Assembly (NCBI GenBank): GCA_963813715.1
Contig: CAWFAK010000005.1
Span: 480,001 to 544,000, forward strand
DNA from: an uncultured Planctomycetaceae bacterium
Lineage (GTDB): Bacteria; Planctomycetota; Planctomycetia; Planctomycetales; Planctomycetaceae
Direction: 5' to 3'
DNA: 64,000 nt
Shown: positions 44,255 through 56,457 of the stretch, in pieces
How positions within the stretch are numbered: position 1 is the first letter of the stretch
Layout: each line of letters opens with the position of its first letter
Made by a program: the position numbers and the translations under genes
The notes under the pieces: model-generated
Told to the model about the DNA's origin: nothing
The model's input: the letters and a program-made list of their open reading frames with translations, nothing else
Databases searched by the model: none

Positions 44255-47200
44255 TCAGTTCGCGCTGGGCGTCGGTTCGGTCGGTTGAGCTGAGGCCGTT
44301 TTCTCGGCCTCTTTCTGGTAGACGGGAATCAGCTCGGCCCGGTACGAGCGTAACGGTCGCGTCAGCTCCCGTTCGACCACGGCGCGGCGGGCCGACCAAT
44401 CCGATTCCCGCACGCCGACCTCGCTTCTCAGCCGATCCATCAGCGAAAGCGTCGATTCGACCGCGTCGATGCAACGTTCCAGATCGTTGAGCACGACTTG
44501 CGGCAACGCCGGTTTGCCCATTCCGCGGTTCGCCCAGCGACCCTGCAAGAAACCCAACATGGCATTGAGGTAGTCCCACCGCTGTTCCGCTGAGGCGAGC
44601 CGCGGCTCTTGAATCAGAAGGTCCATCGCATCGACGACGTCCCGGACGGAGTGGTCGCGCGGGTCGCTGTAATAGATGGTGTAGAGCCGGTGCTGCAACT
44701 GCGCGAACGAACCGGACGCCTCTGACCGGGCATAGAACGCGGCCAGCTCATGATGGAGGAAATAGGTCAGCACCGGGTCGAACGGTTCGGCAAATTCTTC
44801 GAGATGACGCAGTGATTCCAGCGACGGGTGTGCCGCGCTGGCAACCTTGCCGAGCGCCGTGAAGTAGTCGACCCGTCGACGATCGACGGGATCCAGCCGA
44901 CGCTCAAAGCCCGCTTCACCGTTCTCGATGGTCGTGTGCGGATGTTTGGTCAATTCTTCGCGCAAGAGCTTGCGATAGGCCCACGGTTGATCGGTGTAGG
45001 AGGTCATCATGTCGTGCTCGCGCATCACGTCCGATAGTCGCCGCAACAGCTCCGGGTCGTTCCCGTCGACGTTGGGCCACTGGGCGATCCGGCCGGCGTG
45101 GGGCGCGAGGACGACCGCCAGCTCCTCGTTCTTCGGGGCCCAGCGCATCGTTTCTTGCGGCAGCCGAAACGCGAACAGTCCGTTCGCGGCCGTATTGACA
45201 GCCGCCCCGCGTGTGAGAGCCTGGCAATCATCGCCCGCGTAGGCCGCCAGGTTCAGCGCGATCGACCAGTCCCAGCCGAGGTGGGCCAACGTCCGTCGTG
45301 CCTGCGGCGTTTGAAACCGCTCGAGCAGGTTGGGGCGAGCGAGCCCTTTTTCTGACCGCGTGGCCACCAGGGCCAGTTCTCCGGGAGCGACCTCGAGCGC
45401 AGCGACGTGCGGAAAGACCGATTGCAATGTCGCCAGGACGCTCTGGAGCGGCCAAGGGCCAAAGTCGACCTCTTGGAAGCGCTGGGCGAAGATTCCGTCT
45501 TTGGTCAGCTGCCGGGCGGCGGCGGCGTAGAATTCGCGCGTGTAGTGCGACGTGCCCTGTGAAACGCCCGACTGCCCCAAGTCGGCATAGATCACGTCGT
45601 ACGAGCCGCCCTTGGACTGCACAGCCAGGCTCGGTTCGACGCAGAGGATTCGTGCGCGGTTGTCGAGGCGCGGGTTGGGCTCTGCGGCCGACCAGACCGT
45701 GCTTTCGAGAACGTCGATCAGCGCTCGGTCCGCCTCGACGCAGGTGACGTCTTCGATAGGAAATTCCAGGCAAGACGCCAGACCGCTGCCGCTGCCCAAC
45801 CCCAAGATCAACACGTGACGCGGCGCCTCGTGCAGCACCAAAGGCAGGACGGACGGGACGATTTCGCCGGAAAATTGGGGGCCAATTTCGGGCCGCGGGC
45901 AAAAGGTCCCGCAGGGGACGCCGCTTTCCCTTAGCGAAAGCTGCATCCCTCGTTGCTTCCACACAGTGTAAGTGCCGCATTCCCCTTCCCGCTGCGCGAG
46001 CAGGCGGCTGTCGTCGAGAAACGGGAGCAGGCGGCTCTCCTCCGCGTTTCGCCAGGCCATGAAGACGTTGGTCGAGAACAGGAGCCGCGCTGAACGCGAC
46101 GGCTCATAGGTATGGCCCAAGGCACCCACCGCCAACAATGTTGCGGCAGCGATCCATCCGGCGCCCGCGAGCAACTTGCCGCGAGCCGCGACCGCGCGGA
46201 ACACAGCAACGCTGGCAAATGTCGCCGGCAACAAAGCGCCGACCGCCACCAAGAGAGGCAGCGACACTCCGAGCAAAATCAGCCAACGCGCGCCGATCAG
46301 ACCTGCAACAAGAGCCGGGCCGCTGATTGCCAGAAACCTCGGGTGCCGGTCACTTGCGCTCTCGCGGGCCGCCGCCTCGCTCACTGTCCCCCAACTGACA
46401 AGCGCCGCCCAAAGAGCACCGGCGGCGGAGAGGACAACGGCGACGGCCAATCCACGGACCAAGAACAGAAGCGCAACGTTCGAGAGGGTCGCCGTGGCTG
46501 CGAGAAACAGATCCGTCAAAGACCAGAAGAACACGACCGGCAGCGCAGCAGGTCAGCGCCGAGACCACGACAACCAGCGCCATTCGCGGCAGCCGCCATT
46601 CGCTGCGTTCGGCGTAAACGAATCGCCAACTGGCCGCGGCTCCGAGCAAGAAGCCGGCGCAGGCCGTCCACTCGATCGCTTCGGTTCCCGGCATCAGTTG
46701 TTGGACCAGTCGCGCCAGCGAGCCGGCAGTCAGACCGGCGGCAACCGAAGCGAAAACAATCGCCGCAAACGTCAGCGCTCCCGGCGTCTTCGACAGTCGC
46801 GACGGCCACACGCTCGTCGGTCATCAGGTCGTGGTTCGAGGGTCGATGGACCGCCGCCCGCGCCACCCAAGCCGCTGTTACGACGGCAGCGAATCCACCG
46901 GTCCACTGCAGGCCGATCCACGGGCCCAATCCGTAGGCCGTGATCAGGCAGCCGACGCCGGCGCCAAAGCATCCCCAAGCGCCGTCGAATGTCCTGTTTC
47001 CCAACGCCAGTCGTGCCCCACAGGCGGCTGGCACCGCCACCAGCAAAAGAGCCGTCCCCAGCGCCGCTGCGAACTGCGCCTCCGGAGAGGCGAGGGCACT
47101 TAACTCAAAGGATCCATAAACCGATCCCATTCGGTCGGCGAACCAACTGCTGAGCAAGATCCAAATCGCGGGGACGAGAGCGACGATCGCTGACGCCGCG

Positions 47201-47469
47201 CGGGATCGCCCGAGCCGTGATCCGACGGCTCCCATCAGCAAGCCAATCGACATGGCCGCTGCCGTCGCCGCGGAAGTCATCAGGCCGCTGCCTAAGCGGG
47301 CGAACATTTGATGGCAAAAGACGACAGAATACAGCGCGGCAAGCGCTCCGCCACAAAACGAGGTGCCGGCCGTCGAGCGGACCCACGCCAACAATCGCAG
47401 GGAGGTCCGCGCTGCGGGCATCAGGAGAGGGATGCGCGACGTAATCGGTTGGGCGAAATTTCTCGACAT
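44255..47469 (-). CDS. Membrane protein fused to a spermidine-synthase-like SAM-fold domain (frameshifts ~46775, ~46550)
   Basis: Multi-TM N-terminus; VLILGLGSG, CVEAD, YDVIYAD, YTREFY, LQSVFPHV. Confidence 0.8.
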
Positions 47470-47772
47470 GGCTTCCCTGCCTTGCTTGGCTTCAGCCCGC
47501 TCTGATCGGGCGGCCGTCCGGAGTTCGACGGGCGTGTTGTAATGAAACTCGCCTTTTGCCCCAAGATCAGTGCCAGCTTGACCCTACGCCAGAGCCCGTG
47601 GTCGAGGGGACCGGGCCGACACGCTTGCTTGGACCGGTTGTTGGGGGCTGTTACGATGAATTTTCGCCAGTCCCGACGAGCGACGAACTTACGACGAAGC
47701 CAACCTGTGACGAAGGAGGGCTGGCGGATTCAAGCGCGCGGCGGCCGTGCCGTGACGTCTGTGGAGGTGAGG

Positions 47773-48771
47773 ATGCGCTTTTTCTCGGGAACGGTTCTGG
47801 CCTGCGCGGTGCTGCTTTTAGGAGCGGGCTGCGACTCCGGCGGCCAATCAGCCAGCAGCAAGCCGGGCGGGAAGAAGTACACGATCGCCGTCATCCCCAA
47901 GGGGACGACGCACGAATTCTGGAGGGCCGTCCACGCCGGCGCCGCCAAGGCAGAAAAAGAACTGGGCGACACCGAGATCATCTGGAAAGGCGCGCAACTC
48001 GAGAGCGACCGCGAGGGTCAGATCTCAGTGATGCAGAACTTCATCACCAAGCGCGTCAACGGGATTTGTCTCGCCCCCAACGATTCGCAGGCGCTTCTCG
48101 AGTACGTCGACCAGGCGGTGGGGCAGAACATCCCCGTCGTGATCTTCGACAGCGGCCTCAAAGACGAATCGAAGATTGTCACCTACGTCGCCACCGATAA
48201 CTACAACGGGGGCGTGATCGCGGCACGCCGGATGGGCGAAGTGCTGCACGGGCAGGGCAACGTGATTTTGCTGCGTTACTTCCCCGGCAGCGAGAGCACC
48301 GAGCGCCGCGAGCAGGGCTTTCTCGACACGCTGCAGAAGGAATTCCCCAAGATCGTCATCCTCTCATCCGATCAGTATTCCGGCACGACTCCCGAAGAGT
48401 CGCTGACCAAGGCCACGCAGGTCCTCAACAAGTACAAGAAAGAGGTCAACGGCCTGTTCGCGGTCTGCGAGCCGAACGCCAGCGGTTGCCTGGAAGCGCT
48501 CGAGCAGACCGAACTGGACGGCAAGGTCTGCTTCATCGCCTTCGATCCAAACGCCGCCCTGATCCGCGGGCTGGCCGCCAAGAAAGTGCAGGGGATCGTG
48601 CTGCAGGACCCGGTGAAGATGGGCTACGAAGCCGTGATGTCGATGCACAAACATCTGCAGGGCGAAAAAGTCCCCAAGCGGATCGACACGGGCTCGACCG
48701 TCGCCACGCCGGAAAACATGTCCGAAGCCCGCATTCAACAACTTCTCAAGCCCGACCAGTACCAGGATTGA
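47773..48771 (+). CDS. Sugar ABC transporter substrate-binding lipoprotein (RbsB-like)
   Basis: Lipoprotein-like signal ending [34 protein letters not shown]. Confidence 0.92.
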   Translation: MRFFSGTVLACAVLLLGAGCDSGGQSASSKPGGKKYTIAVIPKGTTHEFWRAVHAGAAKAEKELGDTEIIWKGAQLESDREGQISVMQNFITKRVNGICLAPNDSQALLEYVDQAVGQNIPVVIFDSGLKDESKIVTYVATDNYNGGVIAARRMGEVLHGQGNVILLRYFPGSESTERREQGFLDTLQKEFPKIVILSSDQYSGTTPEESLTKATQVLNKYKKEVNGLFAVCEPNASGCLEALEQTELDGKVCFIAFDPNAALIRGLAAKKVQGIVLQDPVKMGYEAVMSMHKHLQGEKVPKRIDTGSTVATPENMSEARIQQLLKPDQYQD

Positions 48772-48781
48772 CGGCCCTCGC

Positions 48782-49834
48782 ATGTCCGAGCCGCTTCGGC
48801 TGCCGAACCCGATTCACTTCGGGCCCACGTCGTGGTTGCTGCACCTGATCGCCCGCCTGGGGCCGCTGTTTGCCCTGATGCTGGTGATCATCGTCTTCGG
48901 CGCGGCAGACCGCTGGAAGAACGGCCATGACAGCCAGTTTCTCACCGCGGGCAATGCGCGAACGGTGAGCGCGCCGGTGGCGACCGTTTTCGTCGCCGCG
49001 CTCGGCATGACAGTCGTCATCATCGCGGGGGGCATCGACCTGTCGGCCGGGACGGCCCAATCCCTGGCGGCCACCGTGCTTGCGTGGGGCCTGATGCAGC
49101 CGAGTCTCGCCGCAAGAAACCCTTGGGTCGCCATCGCGTTGACCCTGGGCACGGGCATCGCCTGCGGTTGCGTCAACGGAGCCGTGATCGGCTGGCTGCG
49201 TGTCGTGCCCTTCATCGTCACGTTGGGGACGATGCGCGCCTACCTGGGGTTTGGGAACGGGTTGGCACACGAGACGACGCTGCGCCCCGACGTGGCGACC
49301 GAGGTCCCGAGATGGCTGCAGCACTGGCTGAGTGTGCGGGCTGAGGCGCTCTATTGGGGCTTTCCGCTTGGCGTATGGGCCGCCATCGCCTTGGCGATCG
49401 TGACGGCCGGCGTGTTGCGCTACACGGTGTTCGGCCGACACGTTTTCGCGCTGGGGTCAAACGAAACGGCTGCGCGACTGTGCGGCATCAACGTGATCGG
49501 AATGAAGATCGCCGTCTATTCGCTCGCCGGCCTGTTCTTCGGCATTGCCGGGCTCTACCAGTTCTCACGACTTTCGGTCGGCCAGCCGACGTCGGGGCTG
49601 GGCGTGGAGCTTCGAGTGATTGCCGCGGTCGTGATCGGCGGAGCCAGCTTGAACGGAGGTCGGGGCTCGATCCTGGGAACGCTGGCCGGGGCCGCAATCA
49701 TGGGCGTGATCGACAGCGGCTGCACGCAGCTGGGCCTTTCGAACCCGGTGCAGGATATCGTCCTGGGCGTGGTCATCGTCGCGGCCGTCGTCGTCGACCA
49801 GATCCGGCAGAGCCGAGCCGACCGACGGATTTGA
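48782..49834 (+). CDS. Sugar ABC transporter permease (RbsC-like)
   Basis: [44 protein letters not shown]. Confidence 0.93.
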   Translation: MSEPLRLPNPIHFGPTSWLLHLIARLGPLFALMLVIIVFGAADRWKNGHDSQFLTAGNARTVSAPVATVFVAALGMTVVIIAGGIDLSAGTAQSLAATVLAWGLMQPSLAARNPWVAIALTLGTGIACGCVNGAVIGWLRVVPFIVTLGTMRAYLGFGNGLAHETTLRPDVATEVPRWLQHWLSVRAEALYWGFPLGVWAAIALAIVTAGVLRYTVFGRHVFALGSNETAARLCGINVIGMKIAVYSLAGLFFGIAGLYQFSRLSVGQPTSGLGVELRVIAAVVIGGASLNGGRGSILGTLAGAAIMGVIDSGCTQLGLSNPVQDIVLGVVIVAAVVVDQIRQSRADRRI

Positions 49835-50352
49835 TGCCGACCGACGGGATTTAATTGAGTCAATCGACTCCGACAATCACATCGCTGGCTTGGTCATGGC
49901 GTAGCCGTTTGCCCTCGGCCAGACCCAGGTTGTGGACGGGAGTTGATTGGCCCGCGTTCGCGTCGCACCCAGAACGCCCCGCACACGCGGCCAGGTTCTG
50001 GACACCTGTCACAGGTGCAAATAAAAGCGCAGACGCACCGCGAGACGGTTCTTTCCGGCCAGTTTTTTAGCGCTTTCTTAACAATCCACTCGCGCAATTT
50101 TCAACAGCCAACTGCGCATTTTGTGGCACAAAGGTGCTCATTTTCCGGGCGGACATGAGATTGTTAGATTTCCCACATCTATTCAGATTTCCAGCATTTC
50201 TTGGTCTCTGAGCGTGTTTTCACTGTTGACGGTGAAAAAGCGATGCTGTCTGATCGCAAGTTAAGGCATTGCAGAACTCCAGGTCATCTCCGTAGTTGCG
50301 CTGTTTTTTTGCCAGTCAGATCGATGTCTCATAGCGAATAAGGGGGACGCTC

Positions 50353-51528
50353 ATGTCGCAAAAGAGGTCGGGATTTACACTGATCGAACTTCTCGTGGTG
50401 ATCGCCATCATTGCTGTCTTAATTGCGCTTTTATTGCCCGCAGTTCAGGCAGCCCGGGAGGCGGCCCGGCGAACGCAGTGCCGCAACAACCTGAAGCAGA
50501 TGGCGCTGGCCGAGCACAACTATCACGATGTGAACCAAATGTTTACATCCGCGATGACCTTTCAGAATGGGCCCTACCTCCCGGTTCCCTGCCCGTGCCT
50601 AGGCTACCTCTGCATCGGCTGCGTGAACTTGCATTTCGCCGAGGAAAAGTTGCTTCCGTTCATGGAGGCGCAAACCGTTTACAACAAAATCTGCATGAAC
50701 AACCCGATGTTGCCTCCGTGCTGCGAGCACCCTGGAGGCGCGGCCGCTTGCATCAGCTGCATCTATCTCCCGTGGAAACTCCCGCCGTACACGTACAAGA
50801 ACATCACTTGTCCGTGCCAGGATGCCTGTGCCAACATTAGGCCGGGCGCACAAGTGATTCCGGGGTACGTCTGCCCCTCGGCACCGCGCAGCAGCAATCC
50901 GTTTGTCGAGCACATCTCGTCCTCTGATCCCTGTTTTGCCTTCCCCGGCTCTTGCAAGTTCTTCGCCCCCATGCTCGCCGGTGCCTCCGACTATGTGCCC
51001 AACGCCGGTTACTGCGACGCGGGTCCCTTCGGAAAGTCCTACTTGTTTCAGAACTGTTGCCAAAAAGAGACTTCCCGGATTGGGTCGATCAACATTTACG
51101 AGCAGGGCGTTCCCATCGACAAAATTACGGACGGCACCTCCACCACGCTGTTGTTCATGGAACTGGCCGGCCGCCCCGACTACTGGGTTCGTGGCGTCAA
51201 ACAGGCGGCCGGAGTCCAGAAGACCAACCTCAACATGCCTTACAACTGGGGTGGTTGCTGGGCTTGCGAGGACAACGTCTTCGAGACCTTCATCGGCACG
51301 AATTACCAGGGGCTCTCGATCGCAACGTACACGCCCGGCATGCCGGTTTGTCTGGTGAACTGCACCAACGTCTGGTCGCTCGGCTGGTACAGCTTCCACC
51401 CGGGATCAGAGGGTGTCGCGTTGTGCGACGGCTCGGCTCGGATGATCAGCGAGAACGTGAGCCTCACGGTGCTCGCGCGGTTGCAGAGTTATCGAGGCGG
51501 GAAGCCCGTTCTCGACAGCGCTTTCTAG
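50353..51528 (+). CDS. DUF1559 prepilin-type N-terminal cleavage/methylation protein (Cys-rich)
   Basis: [53 protein letters not shown]9-DG motif ([12 protein letters not shown]). Confidence 0.95.
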   Translation: MSQKRSGFTLIELLVVIAIIAVLIALLLPAVQAAREAARRTQCRNNLKQMALAEHNYHDVNQMFTSAMTFQNGPYLPVPCPCLGYLCIGCVNLHFAEEKLLPFMEAQTVYNKICMNNPMLPPCCEHPGGAAACISCIYLPWKLPPYTYKNITCPCQDACANIRPGAQVIPGYVCPSAPRSSNPFVEHISSSDPCFAFPGSCKFFAPMLAGASDYVPNAGYCDAGPFGKSYLFQNCCQKETSRIGSINIYEQGVPIDKITDGTSTTLLFMELAGRPDYWVRGVKQAAGVQKTNLNMPYNWGGCWACEDNVFETFIGTNYQGLSIATYTPGMPVCLVNCTNVWSLGWYSFHPGSEGVALCDGSARMISENVSLTVLARLQSYRGGKPVLDSAF

Positions 51529-51635
51529 GCCGAAGATCGAGTCAGCAGGCCTGAACGCTTCCCACTTTTTTGGTTGCGACACGAGCCGGGATGGACCGAT
51601 CCATCCCGGCTTGTGCCAATCCTGGAGACCGAAGC

Positions 51636-52250
51636 ATGCGTTCCTTCGCGCGCTGCGCGCCACGATTCTCGCTGACCTGTGTTGTGCTCGCGTTCTTCGC
51701 GGCGGCTGCCCTCGAAGGGTGCGGCGGGAGGCCGTCAGAACAGCAGGCAGTTGATGAATTCTTCAAGAATAATTCAAAGTCCAAACAGGAAGCTGTGGCC
51801 AGGTTCGCGGGGCGGGTGACCGTCGACGGCCTGCCTCCTTCCAGAGAACTGTCTCGCTTGTTCGTCATCTTGAGCGACCCGCAGAAACTCGAGAAGCCTA
51901 AGGATGGATCGATACGATCTGTAAGCTGTGACGACCAGGGCAACTTTGAATTTACGACTTACGTCAAGGGCGACGGCGTACCGTACGGGAAATACGTCGT
52001 GACGTTCGTCCAACTGCACAAACCTACGCGGGCAGGACAGCGCGGATTGGGGTTCATTCAGGAATTCGTCGGCCCGGACGGTCTCAAGAATCTCTACAAC
52101 GATCCGCAAAAGAATCGAAACGAAAAGGATTTCGTCGTCGAAGTCCAGTCACCCGGCAAAACCGATTATGAGTTCGCCTTGTCGGTTGCGGGTAAAGACC
52201 CGGTTCCGGCGCCGAGCGAGTATGCCGTGACGCGCATGCGGGGCAACTGA
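51636..52250 (+). CDS. Lipoprotein partner of DUF1559 protein
   Basis: LEGC lipobox-like; GRVTVDG, GNFEFTTY..GDGVPYGKYVVTF. Confidence 0.8.
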   Translation: MRSFARCAPRFSLTCVVLAFFAAAALEGCGGRPSEQQAVDEFFKNNSKSKQEAVARFAGRVTVDGLPPSRELSRLFVILSDPQKLEKPKDGSIRSVSCDDQGNFEFTTYVKGDGVPYGKYVVTFVQLHKPTRAGQRGLGFIQEFVGPDGLKNLYNDPQKNRNEKDFVVEVQSPGKTDYEFALSVAGKDPVPAPSEYAVTRMRGN

Positions 52251-52298
52251 GTTGCCCTGCCACACCGCAATCCTGTCGGGGCTGCGTGACCGATCGGT

Positions 52299-52508
52299 CT
52301 AATCGACGCCGACGATCACTTCGCTGGCCTTGATGATGGCGTAGACCGTTTTGCCCTCGGTCAGCCCCAGGTTGTGGGCCGACTGCTTGGTGATGATCGA
52401 GCTGATCTCCTGGCCGCCGGGCAATTCGATGATCACCTCCGAGTTGACGGCACCATCGACCAGCTTCTTGAGCGTCCCCTTCAGCACGTTGCGAGCGCTG
52501 ACTCTCAT
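52299..52508 (-). CDS. mop: Molybdenum-pterin-binding protein (Mop/TOBE)
   Basis: MRVSARNVLKG...SIITKQSAHNLGL..GKTVYAIIKASEV, 69 aa. Confidence 0.93.
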   Translation of the reverse strand: MRVSARNVLKGTLKKLVDGAVNSEVIIELPGGQEISSIITKQSAHNLGLTEGKTVYAIIKASEVIVGVD

Positions 52509-52620
52509 CTTGACTCTCCCGGGAGTTCGCACGACATCGTGAGGGATCGGAAAAACTCTTTGACGCGTCGTCATCCCCGTTGTATCTAGTCAAGCATGCG
52601 CACGACACCCTCGACGGCAA

Positions 52621-54047
52621 TTGAACGGGCGACAACGCTCGTGGTTACTCTGCAGTTCCCTCTGTCTGCTGATCGCGGACAACTGCGCCGGCCAAGCGCG
52701 GCCAGAAGCGTCGCCAGTGCCCGGAGGCATCGTGCGATCCGCCGCGCCGCACCCGGCCGACCGACACGCCGACTCAATCACCGTGACGGTCGTTTGCGAA
52801 ACCCCTGAAGGCAAACCGATTGCCGGAGCCGAGGTGACTTGTTTCGAGATCGACGCCTGGACCATGCAGGAGCGAGTGAAAGCGACGCACAAGACCGACG
52901 CCACCGGGACGTGTCGCTTTAATGGTGTGGTGCTCCCACTCGCGGACGTCACTCGGGAAACGCCAACAGCCTCTGCGCCGTGGCAGCCAAGGCGCCGGGC
53001 GCGCTTCCGTCGTCCGTACGTTGTACCGGCAGGGTTCGCCCAAATTTCAGCAGATCAAGGGGTCGACGGGCTCGATGAAATTCGTCATGGAACCCGCTGA
53101 GACGCTCCACGGTCGAGTGACCAATTCCAAAGGTGAGCCGATCGAGGGAGTCGCGGTTTATACCGAACGGCAGCTCTTGTCACGGCCCTATGACGGGTTT
53201 TGCAGTGCAAGAACGGACAAGAACGGCGAGTACAAGATCGCCGATTTGAAGCGGTGGGCTCGACCGAACGACGCCGGCCGCATGGCGATCGATTCGCGCA
53301 AGGGGAACACGGGCACAGCTCACGTGGTGCCGGATTCTTTCGTCGTTCACGTGTGGCATCCGGACTATGGCTACAAATGGGCGTTCGGGCGCGAGCTGCC
53401 CGGCGAATTGAATGTGCAATTCCCCGAAACCGGCACGATCACCGGGCGTGCCATCGACGCGACGACGAAGCGCCCTCTTGCGGGCGTCCAGGTTTATGCG
53501 GAAGTCGACAACGCGAATCGGGGCGGCGGCGATTTTCGCCTGTGGCACTCGAGCAATTGGGCAATCACCGACAACGAAGGCAAATACCGCGTCGCGCTCC
53601 GCGCCGAAAACGATTATCAGGTTTTCGCGCGATTGGACGGCCACCACTCCGTCTCTTTTTTGAAGATCCGTGCGCTGCCGGCAAATACGACGGTGACCGC
53701 CGATGACCTCGAATTCGTTCGAGCGGGTATCGTCCGTGCCCACTTGATCAATGCCGAGACGCAAGCAACGGATTCAGTTCTCCGCGAAGCCCAAGAAAGT
53801 TTCAGTCGTGCTGCGCTGCCAGCCCAAGGGGAGCAAGAACGACCAGCTCTTCCCGGCTGAGTTCACGGAAGGCAGCTCGTTCTTGATGCGAGCAGCCATT
53901 CCGGACTGCACCTATTCAATCGCCGTTGAGGGCAACGACCCGACGATTTCGCCTCAGCCGGGGACCATCGTCTTCAATGTCCAACCGGGCGAAACGGTCG
54001 AGATCGATCTGCCGGTCGATGTCAGGAAGCCGGCCTCGGGTTTGTGA
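52621..54047 (+). CDS. Secreted protein with carboxypeptidase-regulatory-like beta repeats (frameshifts ~52975, ~53765)
   Basis: GKPIAGAEV, GRVTNSKGEPIEGVAV, TDKNGEYKI, TDNEGKYRV across three ORFs. Confidence 0.7.
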
Positions 54048-54528
54048 GGTACAAGTTCGGCCGGTGCATCTCCTGGAAGCGGCTTGGATCGCCGAGAGGC
54101 GTGAATCCGAATTGTGAGTACAGGCCGTGCGCGTCGCGCGTGCCCAGGAGAATTCGCCGCAGTCCTTGCAGGTCGGGATGCTTGAGCAGGTTTTCCACCA
54201 TCCACTTGCCGAGTCCCTGGCCGCGATACGCATCGATGACGAAGACGTCGGCAAGCCAGGCGAAGGTGGCCCGATCGGTGACCATTCGCGCAAAGCCGAT
54301 CTGACGCGATTCGCAAAATAAGCCGAAGCAGAGCGAGTTCTTGATCGACTTCTCAACCACTTCGCGCGGAATGCCGGGCGCCCAGTACGACTGCTCGGAG
54401 AGAAACGCATGAATCGCGGCGACGTCGATAAGCGCCGCGTCGGTCGAAAGAAAATAGGGACCGCGCCGCGCCAACTTGCGCGGCTCGGCCCGCGACCGAT
54501 CGGATTCGGACTGCGATGGTTCGCTCAT
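54022..54528 (-). CDS. GNAT-family N-acetyltransferase
   Basis: QIGFARMVTD, LADVFV, YRGQGLGK, DAHGLYSQFGF. Confidence 0.93.
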   Translation of the reverse strand: MSEPSQSESDRSRAEPRKLARRGPYFLSTDAALIDVAAIHAFLSEQSYWAPGIPREVVEKSIKNSLCFGLFCESRQIGFARMVTDRATFAWLADVFVIDAYRGQGLGKWMVENLLKHPDLQGLRRILLGTRDAHGLYSQFGFTPLGDPSRFQEMHRPNLYLTNPRPAS

Positions 54529-54576
54529 GTTACCGAACTGACTCCGTTCATCGCCGGCAGGTTCGCTCCCGCACTC

Positions 54577-54948
54577 CTAGGCTCGTTCCAGGAAGATCAA
54601 GAGACCAGCCTGAAACAGCATCAGGGCCGACGCCACCGGGTAAGCGAGCCGCGGCGACCGGCGGTAAAGCACGGCGAGCGCGGCCAACACCAGGGCCGTT
54701 CCTGCCGCTTTGATCGTCAGAAACAGGGCCGGATTACCGTGATCGCACTGAATCAAGAAGAGTCCCACCGGGTTCTTCTCAAAGTGAACGATTTCGTCCC
54801 CGGTGCGAACCACGAGGTAGCCGTCATACACCGAAACGGCCCCCACGAACAACAGGACACCGGCGAAAACGAGCGAACCGAGTGTGAGCCGCGGCAGTTT
54901 GGATCCGCGAGCGGCAAACGCATCGGCGGTAATTGTGGCGGTGCACAT
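54577..54948 (-). CDS. Small membrane protein
   Basis: Three hydrophobic segments, D..L...EKNP motif. Confidence 0.7.
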   Translation of the reverse strand: MCTATITADAFAARGSKLPRLTLGSLVFAGVLLFVGAVSVYDGYLVVRTGDEIVHFEKNPVGLFLIQCDHGNPALFLTIKAAGTALVLAALAVLYRRSPRLAYPVASALMLFQAGLLIFLERA

Positions 54949-55350
54949 GGTTGGTTCCCCCTTTCACAGATGTCGTCTGAATCTGTCTCCGGTTATTGCG
55001 AGCCTCTAAGCTTCTGAGCGTAAAACGCGGTCAGGGCGTTACAGGTTCATTTCCCAAAACGTCTCAACTGGCCGGAAACGGAACGATCGATTCCAAATCA
55101 TTACGCAGTGCGAAGTTCGCCCCGGTGTCCGCCTCATGCTCCGGAAATGAGATACGGGAGTTGCGCCGACCGCAGACGGCCTGACGCGTCGGGCAAGTTG
55201 AAGAGTTGATCTCTTACGGGAAGAACAGCGTTGAGAAAGAGGCCGCTCATGACTTCTGCGGGATCATCCGCCGCGAAGTCGGGACATCGTGCGCAAAAGA
55301 CGCGCTCGGCATTCTCTGGCCGAGCGCGTCTGAGCGACTGAAGGTCTTGA

Positions 55351-56107
55351 CTACTTCACTTCCAGCAGCTCGATCTCGAAGATCAGCGTGGCATTGGGGC
55401 CGATCGGTTCCGGGCCGCGGGCGCCGTAGGCCAGGTCGGCCGGAATGTAGACCCGCCACTTCGAGCCTTCCTTCATCTTTTGCACCGACTCGGTCCAGCC
55501 GGGGATCACCTGGTCCAACCGGAAGGTGGCCGGCTCGCCTCGGTTGACCGAGCTGTCGAACACGGTGCCGTCGATCAGCGTCCCGTGGTAGTGCACTTTG
55601 ACTTCGTCGGTCGCCTTCGGCTGCTTGCCGGTTCCCTCTTTCAACACGACGTACTGAATGCCGCTCGGCAGCGTTGTGACGCCGGGCTTGGTTCTTGTTT
55701 GCGGCCAGAAAGGCTTCGCCTGCCTTCTTGTTCTTTTCGGCGACGCTGTTGGCGGCTTTCATCGAACGGGCTCCCAGCTCGGTTTGAAACGCGTGAAACG
55801 CACGCTCGCGCTCGGCATCGGTCAGGCTCTTCCCCTTGCCGCTGAATCCCTCCTGCAGTCCGAGGAACAAGGCGTCCAGATCGATCGCGTCGGCGCCGAC
55901 CTGGCGATGCATGTTGGAGGCAATCTTGTAGCCCAGGGCGTAGCTGCCCTTCTGTCGATCGGTCTTCAGTTCAGCCTTGCCCGCGGGAGGCGTGTCGTCA
56001 GCGGCCACGACTGTCGATTCGAGTGACGATGTCGACGGCAGAACCGTCCAAACCAGCGCGCCAACGGCGGACACACCAAGCAAAGCGAGGGAAATGCGAC
56101 GACCCAT
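55351..56107 (-). CDS. fkpA: FKBP-type peptidyl-prolyl isomerase (frameshift ~55690)
   Basis: SYALG, GEAFLAAN; VHYHGTLIDGTVFDSS, VIPGW, LAYG, LIFEIELL. Confidence 0.93.
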
Positions 56108-56457
56108 CGAATCAGCCTTTCAGGAAGCAATGCGTCTTCGGGGCGGGCTTGCCGCGGGTCCGCGATTTAGCTCTAACGCAGCTAGCGGCAAAAGGCGGCC
56201 CGACCGCAGGACGGCGGGGGGCGGGTGAAGGAACGACCGTTCGGTCGACAGGGAGCGAACGGGTCATTTAAACATATGCGGTGGCCGAGCCGTCTGGCAA
56301 GGCGTGACGGCCGGTTGACCGCTCTCAGCTACCGTTGTGGTGTTCGGCTGGCCGGGCTTAGGGTGGTTAACACATTTCCGCCCGAGATGCCGGTTTTTCT
56401 CGGGACGGCCGCGGTCACGGCTGAGGCCCGATCGAAGCTCTCGAAGTGAGGCGAGCC

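Noticed and set aside
52578..52604. ModE box upstream of mop
   Set aside because: Only one half-site (CGTTGTAT) resembles the consensus.
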